Source: an uncultured archaeon
Lineage (GTDB): Archaea > Thermoproteota > Bathyarchaeia > Bathyarchaeales > Bathycorpusculaceae
Length of the DNA stretch: 64,000 nucleotides
Direction: 5' to 3'
Assembly: GCA_963810275.1 (NCBI GenBank)
Contig: CAWENF010000019.1
Location: 1-64,000 of the forward strand
Both the position numbers and the translations under genes were made by a program. The notes beneath the pieces were generated by a model. It was not told the origin of the DNA and did not search any database. It saw only the letters and a list, made by a program, of their open reading frames with translations. This document shows positions 62,810 through 64,000 of this stretch, piece by piece; the stretch's first letter is position 1; each line of letters opens with the position of its first letter.

Positions 62810-63124
62810 ATCAGCGTTTGCTGAGCTCTATACCTAAAGGAGTAAAGAAAAGGAAAATTGAACATTACACTATCGCAACGTAACTTTTAGAGCCCTTTCA
62901 GCCAACCCCGCATCCACTTCAATTTTTTTCCGTTCCATTCGCGGGTACAGACATTATTTTCAATTTTTTCTAATAAGCTTCGCTCACTTAACGTGAGTTG
63001 TGAAACCCACATCAAAAGGATTGTGTGAAATGGTAAAAACAGATAACTACAGAGAAACTCGAAGCGGTTGGGCTATGTTAAACAAAAAAAGAAAAGAAAG
63101 GGATTTTTGGTTTTTGTTGGGAAT

Positions 63125-64000
63125 TTAGTGTTTTCTGCTAAGCATAAGCATTATCGCCGCACCGATAATAACGATGACAACGATTATTGCCGCTATGCTT
63201 GGCATGAAATACTGATCAGTCACTGTTTCTTGTGGGGCGTCTGTTGGGGCTGGGGTTGCTGCTGCTGGGTCGACTGCGAAAGCTGTGGAGGCGGTTGAGC
63301 CATAGTAGGCGTTTGAGCCTGCAAAGGTAGCGATAACTGTGTATTTGCCGGTGATGTCGGGTGTCCATTGGTAGCTGTATGTTCCGCTTGCATCGCTTGT
63401 TGTTGTTCCGATTGTGCGGCAGTTTCCGTTTGCGTCTATAACTGAGAGTTCAATTTGTACGCCTGTGGCGTCTGTTGGTTTTATTGCTTGCTGGTAGACG
63501 TATTCCATCCATGTCCGTTGACTTTCATCAGAGACACATGGAACACCGTTGGGGAACCGTTTTGATTGTTCTTGTTGTGTTGTGCCTGATGCGATGTCAG
63601 TGATTGTTCCGCGGATTACTACGCTTTGACCTTCTGTGAGTGCTGCAGCGGGTGCGTCAACCGTTAGTTGAGTTGGACCTTTGCCGAGTGTGTAGATTTG
63701 CATATCGTAGATGTTTAGGAATACAAGATAGCCGTCAGCGACAATGTCGTTTTGACCAACATACATACCCGAGCCCATTCCTGTGAGTTGCCAGATTTCT
63801 TCGCCTGTAGTAGCGTTCATGCATGCGTATAAGCCGCCTTTGTAGAGTGGCTGATCAGGTGAGTGCTCTGTTGTTCCAACGTAGACTTTGCCGTCCGCAA
63901 TGACGTCAATGAATACTGGGTAGTGACCATAGACCGTGTTTAAGCCGGAGTATGTGCTGTTGCCTTCTCCGCCTCTGCCGTAAGTCCATTCCAAGTCACC
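63125..64000 (-). CDS. C-terminal part of a large surface protein (PQQ-like beta-propeller repeats, Ig-like domain, TM anchor); 5' end outside the window
   Basis: IADGKVY...CMNATTGEEIW, ADGYLVFLN.YD.QIY..GKGP, GTITD, WMEYVY.Q, C-terminal hydrophobic helix + RKH. Confidence 0.82.
   Translation of the reverse strand, partial: GDLEWTYGRGGEGNSTYSGLNTVYGHYPVFIDVIADGKVYVGTTEHSPDQPLYKGGLYACMNATTGEEIWQLTGMGSGMYVGQNDIVADGYLVFLNIYDMQIYTLGKGPTQLTVDAPAAALTEGQSVVIRGTITDIASGTTQQEQSKRFPNGVPCVSDESQRTWMEYVYQQAIKPTDATGVQIELSVIDANGNCRTIGTTTSDASGTYSYQWTPDITGKYTVIATFAGSNAYYGSTASTAFAVDPAAATPAPTDAPQETVTDQYFMPSIAAIIVVIVIIGAAIMLMLSRKH

Overview
A 64-kb archaeal chromosomal segment, most likely Bathyarchaeia. This is inferred from the gene set: rps26e, gins23-mcm, rfcS/rfcL, pcna, priL, aIF2-alpha, nop10, rpo6, rpo12, thermosome, alba, class I lysS, cofD, and a large C-terminally anchored surface protein. 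Most of the window is housekeeping. It also holds a bacterial-type Met/Cys biosynthesis cluster (metW-metX-metY, cysK-cysE) built around two divergent HTH regulators, sugar-nucleotide genes, tRNA modification genes and one tRNA-Arg(GCG). No CRISPR array, rRNA, integrase or transposase was seen. About 13 genes, including essential ones, carry a single 1-bp indel, most likely from assembly error; three loci are heavily degraded. The five best leads: (1) a palindromic ATAAC-N3-GTTAT operator at the metY, cysK and regulator promoters next to an HTH-CBS factor, suggesting an adenosyl/SAM-sensing sulfur regulon; (2) a Zn-ribbon + helical + SPFH-double-Zn-ribbon + membrane protein cluster resembling a PspA-less envelope-stress module; (3) gene-scale A/C-rich to G/T-rich switching of synonymous codons; (4) a nucleotide-sugar dehydrogenase that appears catalytically dead; (5) several intergenic hairpin elements, including a perfect 14-bp inverted repeat. 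All family assignments are by motif recognition, not database search.
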